Shown here: one piece after another, positions 46,426-56,359 of the stretch | How positions within the stretch are numbered: the first letter of the stretch is position 1 | How the letters are laid out: every line of letters begins with the position of its first letter | From: Candidatus Hydrogenedentota bacterium | GTDB taxonomy: Bacteria; Hydrogenedentota; Hydrogenedentia; Hydrogenedentales; SLHB01 | DNA length: 64,000 nucleotides | Assembly: GCA_963674865.2 (NCBI GenBank) | Contig: CAXXYE010000007.1 | Span: 320,001-384,000, forward strand | Direction of reading: 5' to 3' | Notes under the pieces: model-generated | Database searches by the model: none | Seen by the model: only the letters and a program-made list of their open reading frames with translations | What the model was told of the DNA's origin: nothing | Translations under genes and position numbers: made by a program

Positions 46426-49241
46426 ACAAGACTTACCTCCCGGCCATTCGGCATCAGCCGCGGCTGTGCGGCTATAGCGCCCTTTCCTTTCTCCAAGTCC
46501 GTTTCCTGACTCATTCCTGATACAGTCTCTTCATCGTTTCCTGGAAAATGTTCACAACCCATAGCCGCATTAGCCGCGGCGGGGGTTTTGATAGCCGCAT
46601 CTATAGCCGCGCGCTTAGCCGCACCATAGCCGCAATCGCTTTCTCGGGGAGTTGGGGACTGTTCGGCAAACGACAGTTGCGCCCGGTTCCTTGGGGGCGG
46701 TGCGGCTATAGACCCTGGCTGGGGCTCCCGCTTGGTGAAGCGATACACTTTCGACTGAAACCTGTTCTCCTCATCCCACTCGAGTTTGCGCTCGACCGTG
46801 AGGTCATCGATGTCTAGGGCGGCGACTTCTGCCCCTTCCTGGTCGCAGACAGAAGCCCTTTTGAAGCACTGCCCCAGCCGGCGTCCCGTCGCCTGCTGGG
46901 CTTTCTTGGTACTATCACCGTCGTCGAGGTCGCCGCCCGAGGGCAGGCCGGGCACCTCCACCCCCTCCTCGTCCAACACCCTGATGATCTCGTGAGCGCG
47001 CAACCAGGCGTCCCCGCGTCCTGCATGAACGACCGCATGCGCGGCATCGCGCAGCCAATTCATCGCCGGAGTGGTCATCCGAGCCTTGACCTCGCCTAAC
47101 CCATCGCAGAGCGGCGCGGCGTGAAACACATTTTGGACGATCCAGTCGAGGATCTGTGCCCAAGCCCGGAAGTCGTGCCGGGTCTCGTTCGTCCGAGGAC
47201 AACCTTTTTCCCACCATGTGCGGACCACGGAGAACACCGCCCCGAGGTACGTCCCTTGGTTTGCGCGGACGTGGCCGAGGATGTCCCGGCCCTTCGGGTA
47301 GACCGGGAACTCGTGTCCCGGTGGGTGTTTACGGATCAACACCGGGGAGGCCCGGTTGGCCATATCCACGGTAAGCTCCGCTTTGTTGCTGGTCAGCAGC
47401 ACCACGATGCGTTGCATGTTAATCTCCACAGGCGCTGCGTAAGGGGTGCGGGCCATGAAGGTGTCTTCCGTCAAAGCAGACTCGAGCGCCGGGCTTGCCA
47501 GCTTGCCGCGCAGATTCTCTAACGAGATGAAACAGGCACCTCCAATGAGCGCCGCGGAAAAGAACTCCTCCAGGTTTCCGGCGCCCCGGTCGCGTTGTGT
47601 GATGGCCCGGGGCACGTCCCGGTATATCGCGCAGACAAGCTTGGCCCGGTAGCCTTTGCCGGCCTGAGATTGATCCGCCTCGCTCAGGTCCAATGGCGGG
47701 CGGCCTCCCAGCAAGCCGCCATGAACGAGCGCCGGGGTGATCAGAGAGGCCAAGGCCCTGGAGCGATCCGATGGTGTGGCGAACCGGAACCCATCAACCA
47801 GCTCTGTTAGAAGCACAATGGCCTTGGGCAGGGCGACCGTAACCACGTCGCCTCCCGTGGCGTAGATCCCGGTAGGACGATGGTAGCCGCGGACCGTGAT
47901 GAGTCGCCCTTCGTGCTTTGTCAAGACGGGGCATTGCGTCAGCAGACGAAGCGGCGGCAGCTGGTCCACGAAATCCCGGCAGGAGCAGATCAACTCGGCG
48001 TTGGCTTTCGTGCAGTTCTTGGGCACTTCAACGATCTCGCCGGCACTTACACCCTTCGTAGTGTAAAGGTCAGCTACACTTTCGAAGATGCTCGCCCAAC
48101 TCGCTGGCGTTACTTCCTTTAGGTGGATGTGGCCCTCATTGTCCTTTCGCACCTCCACGGGCACGCCGCCTCGGGAAAACCAACGCTCCTTGTCCGAGAC
48201 CAGCTTGCCGAGCTCCCGTGCTGCCTCCGAGATGCGTACGTTCTTGGCCCCGCCCGGAAGGAAGACAGGTGGAAGACCGTTGCCTTGTTCGTCCTCCCCG
48301 GCAGAGAGATCAAACAGCGGGGCAGCGAGGGCTAGTTTCTCTACCTCGGACCGGATTTCGTCGTCCGTCTGACCGGCGATCTTGCGCCTCTCGATGAATT
48401 CCACCGCGTCCCCTTTGGGCGGCAAGTCCGGGAGCTCGAGCCGATACGGCTTGGCGGGAGGCGAAAGCGAGGACAGCGCACGGGCCACTGCGTCAACATA
48501 CTCGGTTCCTGCGCTTCTACCGTCCGCCCTCGGAGGGTCGTTGTCTGGCAAGAGATACACATCGCGCCCGGCCAGGGCCGACCAGTCCGCCTTCCCTGCG
48601 GCTCGGGCTCCGTGGGCCGACGTAGTGGCGTTCAGCCCGATGTAAGCCAGGGCACTGGCAGCCTTCTCTCCCTCAGTCACATAGACCGGTCTGCCTGAGG
48701 CGAGAACGTGGGGGAGACGATATAGGGGAAATCCCCCCGGCGGGTCCCCGATCCGCCATCCTTCACCGTCCCGAAAGACCGGCCGGTATTGTTTGGAGTC
48801 CGGGCCTGCGTCAGGATTCTCGAAGCGGTAGACACGCCCGACCTCCCGACCGGCCCGGTCGGTGTAGCTCCAAGAGCCGACGGACGAAAAAGGTCTGCCA
48901 TGCTTGCGTTTAAGGCCGAAGGCTGCCGCTTCAGCGGCGGCCTCCGGCGTACGGTGGAGCTTTCCTCGTCCTGATCTTGCTTTCCTCGGCGTTGGCAGGG
49001 CCTCGGTACGGAACCCCCGGTCTCCGAGACCCGGAAACAAGTCCGATGAGGCCAGTCCTAGGCTCTGGATGATCGCCTCCGTGGAGCAACCCGCAAAACA
49101 GTAAAGCAGAATGCGGCCATCTTCTCCTACAGAGACCCTAAGACTTGGGTTATGGTCATCGTGTGCAGGGCAGCAAGCCTGCCAGCCTCGGGCCACTTTG
49201 CGGACCTTGGCAAGCCGCGCAAGGAACTGTTCAATTTGCAT
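46422..49241 (-). CDS. Primase/replication protein: CHC2-type Zn finger + TOPRIM + degenerate P-loop domain
   Basis: CCPAHDDHNPSL..LYCFAGC; VYVTEGEKAA..LPDND; QSQAGKGY..LLTSN. Confidence 0.85.
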   Translation of the reverse strand: MQIEQFLARLAKVRKVARGWQACCPAHDDHNPSLRVSVGEDGRILLYCFAGCSTEAIIQSLGLASSDLFPGLGDRGFRTEALPTPRKARSGRGKLHRTPEAAAEAAAFGLKRKHGRPFSSVGSWSYTDRAGREVGRVYRFENPDAGPDSKQYRPVFRDGEGWRIGDPPGGFPLYRLPHVLASGRPVYVTEGEKAASALAYIGLNATTSAHGARAAGKADWSALAGRDVYLLPDNDPPRADGRSAGTEYVDAVARALSSLSPPAKPYRLELPDLPPKGDAVEFIERRKIAGQTDDEIRSEVEKLALAAPLFDLSAGEDEQGNGLPPVFLPGGAKNVRISEAARELGKLVSDKERWFSRGGVPVEVRKDNEGHIHLKEVTPASWASIFESVADLYTTKGVSAGEIVEVPKNCTKANAELICSCRDFVDQLPPLRLLTQCPVLTKHEGRLITVRGYHRPTGIYATGGDVVTVALPKAIVLLTELVDGFRFATPSDRSRALASLITPALVHGGLLGGRPPLDLSEADQSQAGKGYRAKLVCAIYRDVPRAITQRDRGAGNLEEFFSAALIGGACFISLENLRGKLASPALESALTEDTFMARTPYAAPVEINMQRIVVLLTSNKAELTVDMANRASPVLIRKHPPGHEFPVYPKGRDILGHVRANQGTYLGAVFSVVRTWWEKGCPRTNETRHDFRAWAQILDWIVQNVFHAAPLCDGLGEVKARMTTPAMNWLRDAAHAVVHAGRGDAWLRAHEIIRVLDEEGVEVPGLPSGGDLDDGDSTKKAQQATGRRLGQCFKRASVCDQEGAEVAALDIDDLTVERKLEWDEENRFQSKVYRFTKREPQPGSIAAPPPRNRAQLSFAEQSPTPRESDCGYGAAKRAAIDAAIKTPAAANAAMGCEHFPGNDEETVSGMSQETDLEKGKGAIAAQPRLMPNGREVSLV

Positions 49242-49476
49242 CGCGCCAACCCCCTCGCATCAGGTGCCGATGCTCGGCGACCCAGCGGTCCAAGTCCGCG
49301 ATGCTGTACCGTACCGCCCGGCCAAGCTTGATGAACGGTGGGCCCGGTGTTTGGCCCCTGAGCGGGCCGTTCATCCGCGACTTGGCGAGAAACGAACGGC
49401 TCACGCCCAGGTAAGAGCACGCCTCGCGCTCGGTAAGGAGAAGTGGCGACGGTTTTGTTACGTGTGTATTCTGCAT
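49231..49476 (-). CDS. AlpA/excisionase-like HTH protein
   Basis: LLTEREACSYLGVSRSFLAKSR..GPPFIKLGRAVRYSIADLDRWV. Confidence 0.88.
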   Translation of the reverse strand: MQNTHVTKPSPLLLTEREACSYLGVSRSFLAKSRMNGPLRGQTPGPPFIKLGRAVRYSIADLDRWVAEHRHLMRGGWRDAN

Positions 49477-49685
49477 GTTTGCAGCCCCCGATACTTGTCC
49501 CCCGAAATCGCCACATTTTATAACAAAACCTACGAACCGTGCGCTAAGTGTCGCGGTGGGATTAACACCAAGCGATATAAGTTATTAATGGAGAAGGGTT
49601 TGTGGCGGAATCTTGGCGAAAGTGTGAAATGCGGTGCCGACGGTATCCGTACATGTACGCAAGTCAATTGTACAATGGTACGGTC

Positions 49686-50690
49686 TTAGGCGTAGCCCTT
49701 GTCGCGCAGGATACGAGCTATATCTCGCTCCCAGCGACCGCCATCGATAGGTTTGGAGTACCCCCCCGGCCAAAGGTCAGGTTCTCTGGAGTAGCGGATG
49801 TATTCGTAGACGGCGCGGGCCGTAATTTTCCTGGCGCGTGATTTGCAGGCTTCCGGGTCTCTAGAAAGCGCTCTCTCAACGCATTCCTCTAACTTCTTCA
49901 GTCTCTTCATGCGGTCGCGCGAGCGTCCGTGCGTTCCCCCCGCCGCCCGCTTTGCCTTGTCATTGGCAGAGCCCGTCAACACTTGGGCACCTCTAGCATC
50001 TACTCCCACGGACTCCGGTCCTGGTTCGGCGTTCAGTAGAGCTATCACCCAGGCGCATTCCATTCGAACACGTTCCTCGGCCTTGCTTCTAGCCACGGTG
50101 TGGCAGAAATCTAGACGGTCGAAGAACTTGTGCGTTGCCTTGAGCTGCTCCTTTTCTATCTTCGTCTTGCGAAACATACCGAGCCCTAAGTCATAGTGCT
50201 GCTGATGCCAGTTCCAGAGCGTTTCAAATAGGGCGTGGAAGTATGGCGTGGTGGTACTCTCCTCTTCATCTTCCGTCTCCTGAGCATCTGCCGAACCATG
50301 CTGCTGGGCCATTTGCACTTTATCTACGGGAGGTGAAATGTTAGCGGAGCTAGCCACACCTATTTCGAGAAGTGTTCGAAGAGGGTCCATGCTGGCAAAC
50401 CGAAGCGCCTCCCTGCGCTTGCCATCGAGTTCTTTCAGGACTTCGCCCACAGCTGCTCGAAACTCAGCATAGCTCAAGAAATGCTTGCGTTTGGCCGAAT
50501 CCGGGCAACGATGCTGGAAATGACCCCACACGACTTTCAGGGTGGCCCTATCCGACCGGAGCTTGTTCGAAGCGCAGATCGCCCACAGCGCCTCGAGCTC
50601 TGAGACGCTGGCCTCCAGTGAACCCAGGTAGTCCAGCAAGGCATCGCGCGCCATAGTGACATCTGCTTGCGTCAACTCCCCGATGTTCAT
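49686..50690 (-). CDS. Hypothetical protein (element-borne)
   Basis: Long ORF between integrase and AlpA; GGGAGG SD before MNIGEL. Confidence 0.6.
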   Translation of the reverse strand: MNIGELTQADVTMARDALLDYLGSLEASVSELEALWAICASNKLRSDRATLKVVWGHFQHRCPDSAKRKHFLSYAEFRAAVGEVLKELDGKRREALRFASMDPLRTLLEIGVASSANISPPVDKVQMAQQHGSADAQETEDEEESTTTPYFHALFETLWNWHQQHYDLGLGMFRKTKIEKEQLKATHKFFDRLDFCHTVARSKAEERVRMECAWVIALLNAEPGPESVGVDARGAQVLTGSANDKAKRAAGGTHGRSRDRMKRLKKLEECVERALSRDPEACKSRARKITARAVYEYIRYSREPDLWPGGYSKPIDGGRWERDIARILRDKGYA

Positions 50691-50737
50691 ACACCCTCCC
50701 TGTAATGGCACCTGCTGTCTTCCTGCGTCCCCCATGG

Positions 50738-51967
50738 TCATGTCTGGACCAGCCGCTCCACCGCCGCTGCCTTGTGCTCCGGAGCGAGGTGGGCGTAACG
50801 CAGCGTCATCTTGATATCCCCGTGTCCCAGCAACTCCCGCACCGTATTCAGGTCCACGCCCGCCATAACCAACTTGCTCGCAAAATGATGCCGCATGTCG
50901 TGCCAGCGAAAGTCTTTGATATCCGCTAAGGTCATTAGACTACGCCAAGCAGCGCTGACACTGTCAAGACGGCCCCCGGTGCGCGGCGACTTGAAAACAA
51001 GTCCGGCACCTGGGGTTTGGTCACGCCAGTCTCGCAGCACGGACCGCGCGACGCTATTGAGCGGAACATGGCGTGTCTTGCCGTTCTTGGTGACCGACCC
51101 TCGTAACGTTAGCATGGACCGTTCGAAACTCACATCGCCCCACTCTATGCTGACGAGTTCTCCCCGGCGAAGGCCGGTATGAAGCGACAATAAGACCATC
51201 GGTTTGAGATGGTCCGCAAAGCTACCCTGAATCAGCTCGGGCGCGGCCCCACCGTCTCCATGATCTTGATGTGCCCTTGCCCTAACCTGCCTTATTCGTT
51301 CTTCACGCTTGTCGAGTGCCGACAGAAACCGTCGCTCCTCCTCCTCGTCGAGATATCTGATGACGGCTTGCGTATCGGTCTTCAACTGGCGGACCGAGGA
51401 CAACGGATGTACATCGAGGCAGCCCGTCCTGACGGCGTGCGAGAAGACAGCCTTGAGACACTTAAGATCTCGGTTGACCGTCGCAGGCTTAACGCCCGCT
51501 GCGAGGCGCTTTGTCTGCCATGCTGTGATGGCGCTGGCATAGGAACGGTCCTCGAGCGGCCAATCCCAGTACTCGGCAAAGTGATATCTCAGTCGTCTCA
51601 GTGTTTCACGGCCGCGCTTCTGAAAAGCGAGGCAAGCGGCCGCATACTCGTTGTCTATGAATGACCCAAGAGTCTGGCCCCCTCGCAACGCTCTCTTCAC
51701 ATCCTGAGGGTCATTGCCCTTCGTGACATCGGCCAGCGCTTCCTGCGCCAGCTCACGTGCCTGTGCAGGACTCAGCACATGTGCCGAACCGATCTTAAGC
51801 CGTTGGCGCCGTCCAGTGGCTGTACGGTAGCGCACGGAATACGAGGTCGGTTTACCCTCGGACGAAACACGGACGGCGAAACCGGGCAACTCTGTGTCAT
51901 TAACATCGTACCCCTTCCCCGTCTCTTTGAGCGTCCTAAGAAGGTTCTGCGTAATCTTAGCTTTCAC
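50738..51967 (-). CDS. Tyrosine recombinase/integrase with N-terminal arm-DNA-binding domain
   Basis: DTELPGFAVRV..QARELA; TGLRRGEL, TKNGK, HDMRH, LLGH, TLRYAH (R-K-H-R-H-Y). Confidence 0.95.
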   Translation of the reverse strand: MKAKITQNLLRTLKETGKGYDVNDTELPGFAVRVSSEGKPTSYSVRYRTATGRRQRLKIGSAHVLSPAQARELAQEALADVTKGNDPQDVKRALRGGQTLGSFIDNEYAAACLAFQKRGRETLRRLRYHFAEYWDWPLEDRSYASAITAWQTKRLAAGVKPATVNRDLKCLKAVFSHAVRTGCLDVHPLSSVRQLKTDTQAVIRYLDEEEERRFLSALDKREERIRQVRARAHQDHGDGGAAPELIQGSFADHLKPMVLLSLHTGLRRGELVSIEWGDVSFERSMLTLRGSVTKNGKTRHVPLNSVARSVLRDWRDQTPGAGLVFKSPRTGGRLDSVSAAWRSLMTLADIKDFRWHDMRHHFASKLVMAGVDLNTVRELLGHGDIKMTLRYAHLAPEHKAAAVERLVQT

Positions 51968-52132
51968 GGCGGTCGCCCTCTGTTCTTGGTCCCCTAGTGG
52001 GTCCACCGTAAGTATACATGGAAGAACACCCGGAAACAAGCAGAAACGTGCATAACCTTATAAAGGTTTTCTTTATATGGTTTTAGTGTTCCTGGTTGTA
52101 TCTGGTTGTTCTCCGGTATTTCCTATGATAAC

Positions 52133-52810
52133 GCCCCGAAGGGGCGTCCGCATGTAGCCATCTGTAAGCGAAGTGAGCCCACGGAACCCGCCCGTGCCCC
52201 ATGGATAGCCCCGAAGGGGCGTCCGCATGTAGCCGTGGGTGAGCGAAGCGAACCCACGGACATAGGCCCCCTCCCATCCGTAGCCCCGAAGGGGTGACAG
52301 CACACCTGGGCTCGCCATCTACCCTACGCCATCCAACACCGGCCTTTCCGCGCCTCAAGGGGCGTCCGCATGCAGCCGCGGGATAAGCGAAGTAAGCCCA
52401 CGGAACCCGCCCGTGCCCCATGGATAGCCCCGCAGGGGCGTCCGCATGTAGCCGTAGGTGAGCGAAGCGAACCCACGGACATAGGCCCCCTCCCATCCGT
52501 AGCCCCGAAGGGGTGACAGCACACCCGGGCGCGCCATCTACCCTACGCCATCCAACACCGGCCTTTCCGCGCCCTAAGGGGCGTGCGCATGTAGCCGCGG
52601 TCAAGCGAAGCTGAATGACCCGCGGCGGCGGGCGGAAGAATCGTGCCCTGGGTGTCAACCCGAGGGCAGAACATCACCCTGACGCCCGGCCCCCTTAGGG
52701 GCGGCACAAACCTGCTCGCTCGCTTGCCCTGAAAGGGCAACACATACCAGCCCGGCGCTACGCGCCGGGAATCCATCGCCACAACACGCCGAGCCCTGTA
52801 AGGGCGCGAC
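52133..52810. repeat. REP-like palindromic cluster with a 219-bp tandem unit
   Basis: Repeated GCCCCGAAGGGGCG..ATGTAGCC and CCGTGGGT..ACCCACGG stems; 52181 vs 52400 and 52321 vs 52540 offset by 219. Confidence 0.85.
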
Positions 52811-53427
52811 AACACCCCAACCTGCCCTTCATCACTGCGGAATATCCATCTCACATCCAGACAGCGGAGATCCGCCAGCAGCGAAGACGGGTGCAGGACC
52901 AGACTTTCGCCGTTGCGGACTACGGGCAGAGCGTGTAATATCCAACGAGTTCCACCCGGCGGGGGAGTCTGGAGTAGAACGTCCTAACCACAGATGAACG
53001 CAGACTGATGGGCTGTAGCCGATTCAGTCCCCTTCTTTGCGGGAGGCCCGCAGGGGAGACAACGAATGAACAGGCCGGGGAGCGTGTAGTATGCGCCAAA
53101 GCCGCACCTACCGAGGACTTCTGAGTGCGCCTAACCGTTGGCCGAGTCGGGAGAGGCCAGGATGGGGCGCCGACTGAAAACACTCTCACTCTGAGTGGTA
53201 CATAAACTGGGGCAGGTCAGCCTCCCTCCCGGGGCGTGCGCGTCAGTCGCTGGACTTTCGATTCCTCTCCTCTCACACGCAAAAGGGAGGTCGAGATCCG
53301 GCCGGTCTGCTCGGCGTGACTCCGCGGGCTCTGCGGCTCCGCGTTGGAGAATTGCAGACGCAGATATGGGGAGATCGCGGAGACACGCAGAGGGCAAGCG
53401 CTCACGGGGCGGTGTTGGCGCCCGTCC

Positions 53428-54516
53428 CTACGCAGGTGGGTCGCCGAAATCGGGCACGGGCAGCAGGATGCCGCCTTGGCGGGCGGACTCGACGCCCACC
53501 AGGCCGGGGGCGTTGAATCGCGCCGCCGTCCACACGTTCGACAGGGGCATACGATCCTCGACCAGGCTCGTGACGAACTCATGAACCAGATGCGGATGCG
53601 ACCCGCCATGGCCCTGGTCGTTGAGTTCGGCCAGTTCACGGGGCAACCGCTCGGAATAGTCCGGGAAGGCGACGGGCTGCCGGCCTTTCAGATCCGCCCA
53701 CTGATACGGCGGCTGTTCGAGACTCCCCTTCGTGCCGTAGAAGCGGAACGCCTCGCATCCAGGATGGCCAATCCGACGAAACTCGCAGACGCGCAGAACG
53801 GATCCATCGCTCATCTGCAATAGCGCCACCTGATTGGCGATGTCGTTCCCATGCGGACGCGTCTTGTTAAAATAGGGGTCGCCGTCAACGGCCATGCCCA
53901 TCGACGTCACCGCCACCGCGTGGGCGCGCGTCACGCTCATGACGCCGCCGGTCGAGTGGGTGATGTACATGAAAGGCAGCGTGTCGCCCAGAGCGTCCTC
54001 CCAACCCGGGCCGTGCCGCCATGCCCAGACTTCCTCGAGTCCATCGCTCCAGTCGTGCATGTACTCCGCCTCGGCGTAGACGATCTGGCCGAAGGCGCCC
54101 GCCGCGTGCTGCTCGCGCGCCCAGATGACTTCCTGCCGGAAGCAACTCGTCTCCAGCACCATGTACGTCCGCCCCGTCTCCTTGACCGCCCGCACAAGTT
54201 CCCTCAGCTCCTCCATGCTGTACGCCGGCGGCACGGCACTGCACACGTGCTTCCCCGCCCGTAGCCCCTGGACGGCCTGGGGCGCGTGCATCCAGTGCTG
54301 TGTCAGGATCGCGAGCGCGTCCACATCCTCCCGCGCGCAGATTGCGTCCAGCGACGCCTCCGTATCCGTGATGCCGTGTTTTTCGACATTCTCAGCGAGT
54401 TTTTCGAGATTTTGATCACAGAGCACGACGTGGTCGACGTGCGGATGATGTTCGAACAACCGGATGAAAGACTGCGCAAAAGCCCCCGTCCCCACAATGC
54501 CTATGCAAATGCCCAT
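53428..54516 (-). CDS. Gfo/Idh/MocA-family oxidoreductase
   Basis: IGIVGTGAF, HAPQAVQGLRAGKHVCSAVP, YITHS, GHGGSH. Confidence 0.9.
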   Translation of the reverse strand: MGICIGIVGTGAFAQSFIRLFEHHPHVDHVVLCDQNLEKLAENVEKHGITDTEASLDAICAREDVDALAILTQHWMHAPQAVQGLRAGKHVCSAVPPAYSMEELRELVRAVKETGRTYMVLETSCFRQEVIWAREQHAAGAFGQIVYAEAEYMHDWSDGLEEVWAWRHGPGWEDALGDTLPFMYITHSTGGVMSVTRAHAVAVTSMGMAVDGDPYFNKTRPHGNDIANQVALLQMSDGSVLRVCEFRRIGHPGCEAFRFYGTKGSLEQPPYQWADLKGRQPVAFPDYSERLPRELAELNDQGHGGSHPHLVHEFVTSLVEDRMPLSNVWTAARFNAPGLVGVESARQGGILLPVPDFGDPPA

Positions 54517-54790
54517 GCTTCTCGCTCCCCTCAGTTGACTTCCGCAAGAGTGTAGAGTTTCTCAAAACTGGGATCAACGGCCAATTCACACGTTGCCCTC
54601 ATTGAAGGTATAATGCCGAAGGTCCGCAGGCCGCCCTCGGGGCCCTGTCGCCAATCTTGATAAATGGGAATAGGGCTGTTAGAATACAGGAGAGCGGTTG
54701 TATGGGCCGTGGTTGTTGGGGAAGATGTCAACGGACAGGGGGCGCTGTCCGTGTTCTTGCCGTATAAGTAGCCCGTTGGGGGACAATGAC

Positions 54791-55390
54791 TTGCAGGCGT
54801 CCGAAAGATTAGAGGGTGGGGAACGCTCACAGGAGTTCGAGCAGCTGGTCCTCGATTATATGGACATGCTGTACGCCGTAGCTCTGCGTCTGACCCGCAA
54901 TCCCGCGGATGCTCAGGACCTCACCCAGAACACCGTCGTCAAGGCGTTGCGCTTCCATGATAAATTCGAGAAAGGCACTTATATCAAGGCCTGGTTGCTG
55001 ACGATCCTGCGCAACACCTTCATCAACGAATACCGCCGCAAGGCCCGGCGGCCTACCATGGTTGAGCTGACGGGCGCCGAGCCGGCCGCCGACACCGCCC
55101 CCGACCCGGAGATTTCCTACGGACCTCTGGAGCGCAGTCCCGGTGAACTTCTTGAGCTGGTTGACGACAAGGTCAAGGCGGCGGTAGAAGCGCTGCCGGA
55201 CGAATTCCGATTGGCCGTGATCATGGCCGACCTCGAAGATAAGTCTTACAAAGAAATCGCCGAGGTCATGGACTGTCCCCTGGGCACGGTCATGTCCCGT
55301 CTATACAGGGGGCGGAAGATCCTGCGCGAGCAGCTTTTCGAGTACGCCAAAGAGCGGCGTCTCGTCGGGGAGGAGGACAGGCCGGAGTGA
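54791..55390 (+). CDS. ECF sigma-70 factor (start uncertain)
   Basis: DAQDLTQNT, KAWLLTILRNTFIN, SYKEIAEVMDCPLGTVMSRLYRGR. Confidence 0.93.
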   Translation: MQASERLEGGERSQEFEQLVLDYMDMLYAVALRLTRNPADAQDLTQNTVVKALRFHDKFEKGTYIKAWLLTILRNTFINEYRRKARRPTMVELTGAEPAADTAPDPEISYGPLERSPGELLELVDDKVKAAVEALPDEFRLAVIMADLEDKSYKEIAEVMDCPLGTVMSRLYRGRKILREQLFEYAKERRLVGEEDRPE

Positions 55391-55528
55391 ATTTGCGGCG
55401 CTCCGGCGTGACCGCGCCCCATCCTTTCCTCGCAGCCTCTTCGATGGCGCTCCCGGCAGCCCGGGCCGCCACTGTTGTACACTTCCACAACCAGCGCTCC
55501 GGCGCCGGACACCAAGAAGGATGATTAC

Positions 55529-56236
55529 ATGATCAAGACCGTCTTCTTCGATTTTGGCGGCACGTTGGGATTTGAGCCGCTGCCGCACGCGGAAAGCCTC
55601 CACAATTTCCTGACGGAGCACGGCATTGAAGCCACCAAGGAAGAGGTCAAGGCCGGCGAGCAGGCCATGCGCGCCTTCGATGAGGAGCGATTGGCCCAAA
55701 ACGGTGGAAATCGGTCGAAATCCCTTGCCGAGCGCTATTGGTTCAACGTCTGCCTCCGCTTTGCCCGCGAGATATCCAGCGTACCCGACTCGCAGGACCT
55801 CGCCGAGTTCCTCCACGCCAACTACCAGATCATTCCCTACGAACTTTACGACGACACGATTCCCGCGTTGGAGACGCTTCGGGCTCGGGGCCTCTCCCTC
55901 GGAATCATCAGCAACTACGACGCCCCGACCCTCGAATTCTCCACGCGCGGACTAGGCCTCCGGCCCTATTTCGAGATGGTGCTTTCGTCCCGCTGCGCCG
56001 AGAGTGAAAAGCCGGAAACCAAGATATTCGAGGAAGCCTGCCGCCGCATAGGCGCCGACCCGGCCACGTCGATGCACGTGGGCGACAGTTTCGAGGCGGA
56101 TGTGGAAGGGGCCAAAAAAGTCGGGATCACCCCCGTGTGGGTCTACCGTGACGGCCAAACGCCCGCCCGCGATTGCCACGTTGTGAAGGAACTGACGGAA
56201 CTGCCCGCGCTTGTCGACCAGCTCAACGCAAGCTGA
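55529..56236 (+). CDS. HAD-superfamily hydrolase
   Basis: FFDFGGTL, ISN, EKP, HVGDSFEADVEGA. Confidence 0.9.
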   Translation: MIKTVFFDFGGTLGFEPLPHAESLHNFLTEHGIEATKEEVKAGEQAMRAFDEERLAQNGGNRSKSLAERYWFNVCLRFAREISSVPDSQDLAEFLHANYQIIPYELYDDTIPALETLRARGLSLGIISNYDAPTLEFSTRGLGLRPYFEMVLSSRCAESEKPETKIFEEACRRIGADPATSMHVGDSFEADVEGAKKVGITPVWVYRDGQTPARDCHVVKELTELPALVDQLNAS

Positions 56237-56359
56237 CGAGGATCGTAAGTCCTTTTTCAGGAGAAAACCTCGGATGGTTCTTATCGCCTCGAAACCGTGC
56301 CGCGCCGGCACATTGGCCGTAAATGACTCAGGCGTGAGAGCGCTTGGCGAGGGCGCGTC

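Larger units (their letters stand above)
45362..52120 (-). mobile_element. Integrative PICI/phage-satellite-like element (boundaries uncertain)
   Basis: Co-directional integrase, hypothetical, AlpA/Xis-like HTH, primase-helicase, small ORFs, TerS-like HTH; no capsid or tail genes; att sites not found. Confidence 0.75.

Noticed and set aside
52073..52658. Repetitive ORFs over the palindrome cluster
   Set aside because: Translations merely mirror the DNA repeat in several frames; not credible proteins.
52133..52810. CRISPR array
   Set aside because: Sequences between the palindromes are themselves repeated with a 219-bp period rather than unique spacers, and there are no cas genes.
53255..53285. 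tRNA or tmRNA 3' end (TTCGATTCC) as integration target
   Set aside because: No T-stem pairing, acceptor stem or CCA end could be built.
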